Positions 59,161 through 64,000 of a stretch of 64,000 bases of DNA are shown piece by piece; position 1 is the stretch's first letter; the number at the start of each line of letters is the position of its first letter. Where the stretch lies: NCBI RefSeq assembly GCF_036365525.1, contig NW_027142279.1:434001-498000 (forward strand), written 5' to 3'. Origin of the DNA: Heterodontus francisci. Lineage: Eukaryota. The position numbers and the translations under genes are program-made. The notes beneath the pieces were generated by a model. It did no database searches. It was given only the letters and a program-made list of their open reading frames with translations, and was not told the DNA's origin.

Positions 59161-61142
59161 AAGTGGTTCCTGCGCGTTTGCAGTGTCAGGTCATTGTGTC
59201 ATCACATACGGTCTAAAATATTATCTTTCTCTTCCGGTCTAACCCGTGTTTCATTTGACCATGAAGTCTCGTCATGGCAAACCCTGAAGCCAGTTACAGG
59301 CCAAACCAGATCTTGATAAGGGAAGTTTATCGATTTCAGTGCAATTTCCAGGTGATCGGAATGAATTATAATCAGAGCAGAGAAGGTTAAGGGAGCCAGA
59401 GGAAGGTTGTGTTGGAAATCAGGAAGGGTTTTGATAAATTGAACAGGGAGAAGCTGTTTTCTGAGGCAGGAAGGTCGTTAACCAGGAAGGCGCTGATTTA
59501 GAGTCAGTGGCAAAAGAAGCAGAAGCGGGACGAGGAGAAAGATTCTGACTGGGACGGGTATTAATGATCTGGAACACATCACCTGAAAGGGCAGTGGAAT
59601 GGGATTCAGCTTTCAAAAGGGAATTGGATAGATCCTTGGAGCAGAAGATTTCCAGGACTAGGGCAAAAGGGCAGGAAAGTGGGACTAACTGGATAGCTAT
59701 TTTCACAAAAGCAAGCAGAGGCGGTATGATCTCCTTTGTGTTGAATCTTTCTGTGATGCTACAATGTGGACAGATCAGAAAGGAACAACTTGACATCATT
59801 TCCTTTATTTAAGAAAAGTAAAACTATTCTCCACCCTTTGGCATATGAAACGTGACAACAAAGCTATTGGGAGTCGGTGAGCCTTATCTGTTATCTCTAT
59901 GGGTGCATTCTCACTGCAGACAGGGTTCCAGTCAAGCAAACCCTACTTATATGGCTGTGTTGGAGTAGGAACTGCCCTGGGACAAATTCCTCCCAGAACG
60001 CCAGGGAATTCTGTCAAGAGCAGGCTGGTTATCATCTGAACAGGTCAGTGTTGAAGAGATTTACCATGACATGTGGAAGTATGTCAATGAGACACCAGTC
60101 ATTCTTTTTTCAATAGGGGCCCTAAGACTGTGTTTGTCCCGTGGTATTGATCCATCCATATCCAGATTTGATAGATTTCCTTCAGTGAGGAACTTTCTTG
60201 GGATGCAGTCGATGATTAAGTTGAGACATGACATGTGACAAGAGCTGCCTGCTTGGGAGGCACAGGGACTTTGGGCCTGGCATTTTGGTACATTCCCCGC
60301 CTCATGCCTGGGCCCTGTTATAGATCAAGTCACCGCAATTGTTTTATTTCTGTTCTGTTACGGGATGAGGGCTGGCGAGGACCACGTTTATTCCCAAGTC
60401 TGACCACTCTTGAGCAGACTTCTTCTTGAATGCAACTCCGTGGCTGACGAGGCCCATTCCTCAGGACAGTGAAGGGTGAACAGCACTGCTGCCGGGGTCT
60501 GGAGTCACTGAGAGTCCAGATTGGGTGAGGGAGGCAAAATTTCTTCCCTAAAGGATATTACTGAACCAGGTGGCACTTTCCGCCAATCCAGCAGCTTTAT
60601 GCTGAGCATCATTGCTGGAATACCCGTCCTCGAACAGAACAACTACTGTTACAAAGGCTACCATCATCAACAACGACATTATTGGTCGACAAGGATGTCA
60701 GAAGATGAACGAGGTGTCCTGGCTTTTTTTGGCATCTGGCAAATCCTGCATTCCTAAGCCTGCCTCTTCAGAATACAGCCTTCCATACCAGTGCCCTGTT
60801 TAGCTTAGTGCTAGAACTCAACACAGTTTAATTCAGAGAGTACAGAGCTGAGAGATGCTGGATAAACCTTATTGTTGAGACTCAGTGTGACACCAATGAC
60901 AGTCTCAGTCAGCTCGATGGACCCTCCACCAGTTGGCCCAAGTTTCAGCTGAAAGCCTGGCCCCAGCGCCTGGGAGTTCCTGCTGCGCCTTCCTCAGGCC
61001 AAAGTACCTGAATTGAACGCAGTTATGAGACAGTGCGTTCCAAGAAGGTGGGGATTGCTCTACCTAGGGATATCCAAATATAATTTCTGAAAATGAGATG
61101 GATACGTTAGCGGTTTGTCAATAAAAAGATACTGAGACGCAG

Positions 61143-61826
61143 ATTAACCACAAACATTATTCATGATTGGCACTGGACAGCAGTTAATAAAGCATACAGT
61201 ATCCTGGGCTTTATTAAAAGGGGCATAGAGTACAAGAGCAAGGAAATAAGTTGAACTTGTGCAAGACACTAGTTCAGCCTCAGCTGGAGTATTGTGTCCA
61301 GTTCTGGGAGCTGCACTTGAGGAAAGAAATGAAAGCATTGGAGAGAGTGAGGAAAAGATTCAGGAGAATGGTTCCACGGGTGAGGGACCTCAGTTATGAT
61401 GATAATTTGGAGAAGTTGGGATTGTTTTCCTTGGAGAAGAGAAGGCTGAGAGGTGGTTTGATAGAGGGAGTCAAAATCATGAGGTGTCGGGACAGAACAG
61501 ATAGAGAGAAACTGCTCCCACTCGTGAAAGGATGGACAATGAGAGGGCACAGATTTAAACTAATTGGAAACAGAAGTATAAGTGACATGAGGAAAAAATT
61601 GTTTCACAAAGTGGATGGTTAATGTCTGGAGTGCAGGCCCAGAGAGCATGGTGCAGGCAGGTGCAATCGGGGCATTCAAAAGGGAATTATGAAAAGGAAG
61701 AATGTGCAGGGTTACGGGGAGAATGCAAGGGAATGGGACTGAGTGAATTGCTCATTCGGAGGGCCGGTTCAGACACAATGGGCCGAATGGCCACCTGTAC
61801 TGTACCAATTTTCTGATTCTGTGATT
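61143..61826 (+). mobile_element. CR1-type LINE 3' fragment
   Basis: ORF 61251-61622: LVQPQLEYCVQFW...LERVRKRFRRMVP...LEKLGLFSLEKRRLRGGLIE...RGHRFKL. Confidence 0.92.
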
Positions 61827-62363
61827 AGGAATGTCGATGATAAGTGGCAGTAACTTGATTGCTAACCGGATGATCAAGATTGGGTAAAATTTGTGATAAA
61901 CACAACAATGGTCGGTTTAAACGGTACAGGGTGATATTCTAAGATAATAAGATGTATCTATCCTTCCGGACTTTGATGGCTCTGTCTTTCAGCAGAACCA
62001 AGCCATCCATTTATCACTTTGAGAGCTGTTTGCAAGCTGAAAGATAGAGATGCAGACTCACACAGACAATACCAGCACAGACGAAGAGATTTTTCTTTTA
62101 ACTTGTTGAGTTATTCTGATCAGGAATGCGATGCCTGAAAGGATGGAGGAAGCAGATTCAACAGTAACTTAGAAAGGAGATTGGGAAATATATTTGAACA
62201 GGAAATATCTACACTCTGAAAGTTGATGGAAAACTCTGCAAAGTTTCATCAATGAACAGCTGACTTTATGAGCTCTGCTTACTTGAGTTTTTCTCTCTAA
62301 CACTCACAGTATAAGAGGGTGGTATGTTTTTGACCCAGCCCTGCACCTGTTTGAATCACTGTG

Positions 62364-62665
62364 ATCACTAGCAGCACAGTAATACACCGCCCTGTCAGTC
62401 TGATCCACCCTCAGTATTTTCAGGCTGCAGGTTTTAAGATCGGGTCTGGTGGCTTTAAATCTCTCCTTGAAACCCTCTTCAGGCCTGGAATCAGAGGTGC
62501 CAATCGAGGTCACTATGAGCTGTAACCCTGCTCCGCTCTGCTGGCGATACCAGTACATGTAGCTCTCGCTGGTGTCATTCTGGAAACAGTGCATTTCCAC
62601 CGTTTTCCCCTCTGCGACCGTCAGCCGGTTCCCCCACTGGGTAACGAGAGCGCTCCTGGACCGGG
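62364..62665 (-). CDS. TRBV: TCR beta variable segment, V exon (germline, intact)
   Basis: (A)RSRSALVTQWGNRLTVAEGKTVEMHCFQNDTSESYMYWYRQQSGAGLQLIV...DRAVYYCAASD; ctccacAG acceptor; 23-RSS CACAGTG 62363-62357, TCAAAAACA 62333-62325. Confidence 0.97.
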
Positions 62666-62979
62666 CTGTGGAGGAACATGAGAAACAGATCGGGTCAAAG
62701 AGAACAGACACAATGAGGAGAGAGAGAGAGCTTTAATGGTAAACCTCCCGATGCACACTACAGTCGATCAGCCCGCTGACGCCCCAGCACAGGGGTCATG
62801 TGCTGATTCCCAGAATCGCTGGGCACAACTGCAGTGGCGCTAAATAACGACACTTGTCCTCAACAGTAAAACCAAACCAGTAAATCTCTAACTGATTGGA
62901 GCCCTTCGATATCAACAGGAATTGTGTCTCAAAGCTGATTAACTGGGGCCTGAATTTCCCTCCAAGTAGGAACAGTAAC

Positions 62980-63025
62980 CTGGGAGCAGCAGAAACAGTA
63001 GATGGAGGTAAACAGTACACAGCAT
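62980..63025 (-). CDS. TRBV: TRBV leader exon MLCTVYLHLLFLLLP
   Basis: 46-nt hydrophobic exon with a phase-1 donor (GTTACT) in frame with the V exon. Confidence 0.8.
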
Positions 63026-63125
63026 GATGCAGGAATGTGAACCCTTCTTTCAACCTTCCAGCTTGGTCCAGCTCTCACACACACTGCAGTCCTATTGGTG
63101 CACAGCCTGCTTTTGTGAAGCAATG

Positions 63126-63139
63126 CGGAAGTGACGTCA
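63126..63139. promoter_or_regulatory. V-beta promoter CRE decamer with overlapping ETS site
   Basis: CGGAAGTGACGTCA about 105 nt upstream of the leader ATG contains AGTGACGTCA (V-beta decamer AGTGAYRTCA); CCAAT on the minus strand at 63094-63098. Confidence 0.8.
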
Positions 63140-63477
63140 TTGCAAGGGCAACCTTCCTTGTGTATCCAACAAAGCAGATGGTTCTTTCATATTTGTGGGT
63201 GTAAGAATTAGAATTACACAGGATTGACTTGCAAAGTCCCATCTATTGCAATGTTTGGGGATGTTCATAAAGATTTGAATGGTTGACATATATGTGTTTT
63301 ATAGAGAGATATCTCACCTGAATTGATTGTAGAATCTCCCGGGGGAGACCTCATTTCACCACTCGGTATCTCAGAAGACCAGTGAGCGGATAGTCAAACC
63401 AGGGGACCCTTTCTAAACTTTTCCCATCATAGGACAGCAGTGTTAGTAATGCAGAACCTGGAACTGTCCTCCGGAGG

Positions 63478-63860
63478 AGCAGAGAAGGTTAAGAGGGGAT
63501 TTGATAGAGGTTCAAAATCAGGAAGGGTTTAGATAGAGTAATTAAGGGGAAACTGTTTGCAGTGGCAGAAGGGGCGGTAAAGAGAGGACAAGAATTAAAG
63601 AATTCTTAATAGAGCAACAGGGAAGATTAGGAATTTTTTTCTTTCACTTGGTGAGTTATTCTGATCAGGAATGCTCTGCCTGAAAGGATGGTGGAAGCAG
63701 ATTCAACAGTCACTTTCAAAAGAGATTGGGATGTATATTTGAACAGGAAATATCTGCCACCCATTGAGGATAGAGTGTAGAGTGGGATGAAACAAGTAGA
63801 TCTTTCAAAATGTTGGCACAGGAACAACGGGCCGAATAGCCTCTACTGTTCTGTATGATT
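63478..63860 (+). mobile_element. CR1-type LINE 3' fragment
   Basis: ggagcagagaaggttaagaggggatttgatagagg...ttcaaaagagattgg...gggccgaatagcctc. Confidence 0.8.
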
Positions 63861-64000
63861 TTCAACTTCTCTGGAGATTATTTCCTCTGCTTTGGAAAGT
63901 ACTGAAATGAGTCTTTGGATATTGAACTGTCATTCAGGGAGCACTTAGAATCTATTGGAATATTCCACATTCTGCTGGGTTTGGAAAACTTCCCAAAGCT

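Noticed and set aside
62304-62711. ORF-track start and end for the V gene
   Set aside because: The ORF begins in the leader intron and runs through the RSS; the V exon is 62665-62364 with a separate leader.

Overview
Cartilaginous-fish (shark) genomic DNA carrying the 3' end of a T-cell receptor beta (TRB) locus. The V, one J and the C protein match my recollection of horn shark (Heterodontus) TCR-beta; confirm by BLAST. Main locus, minus strand, read high to low: one intact TRBV (leader 63025-62980, V exon 62665-62364, 23-RSS, ETS/CRE promoter), D1 (53120-53108), 10 J, D2 (43958-43946), 18 J, then a single four-exon TRBC (28617-25480). Of the 28 J-like segments, 18 look intact (CAC heptamer, FGxG, GT donor). 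The two D-J blocks arose by segmental duplication. On the plus strand, tail-to-tail with the main locus, is a second complete but damaged D-J-J-C cluster (3.7-17.7 kb). It has a different D core and a four-exon C only about one-third identical to the main C by hand alignment. A candidate enhancer and a CTCF-like motif lie between the two C genes, and two more CTCF-like motifs lie between V and D1. The rest is GA/TCTA microsatellite, three minisatellites and CR1/L2-type LINE and SINE fragments. N-runs hide some sequence. Segment numbering is mine, by position.
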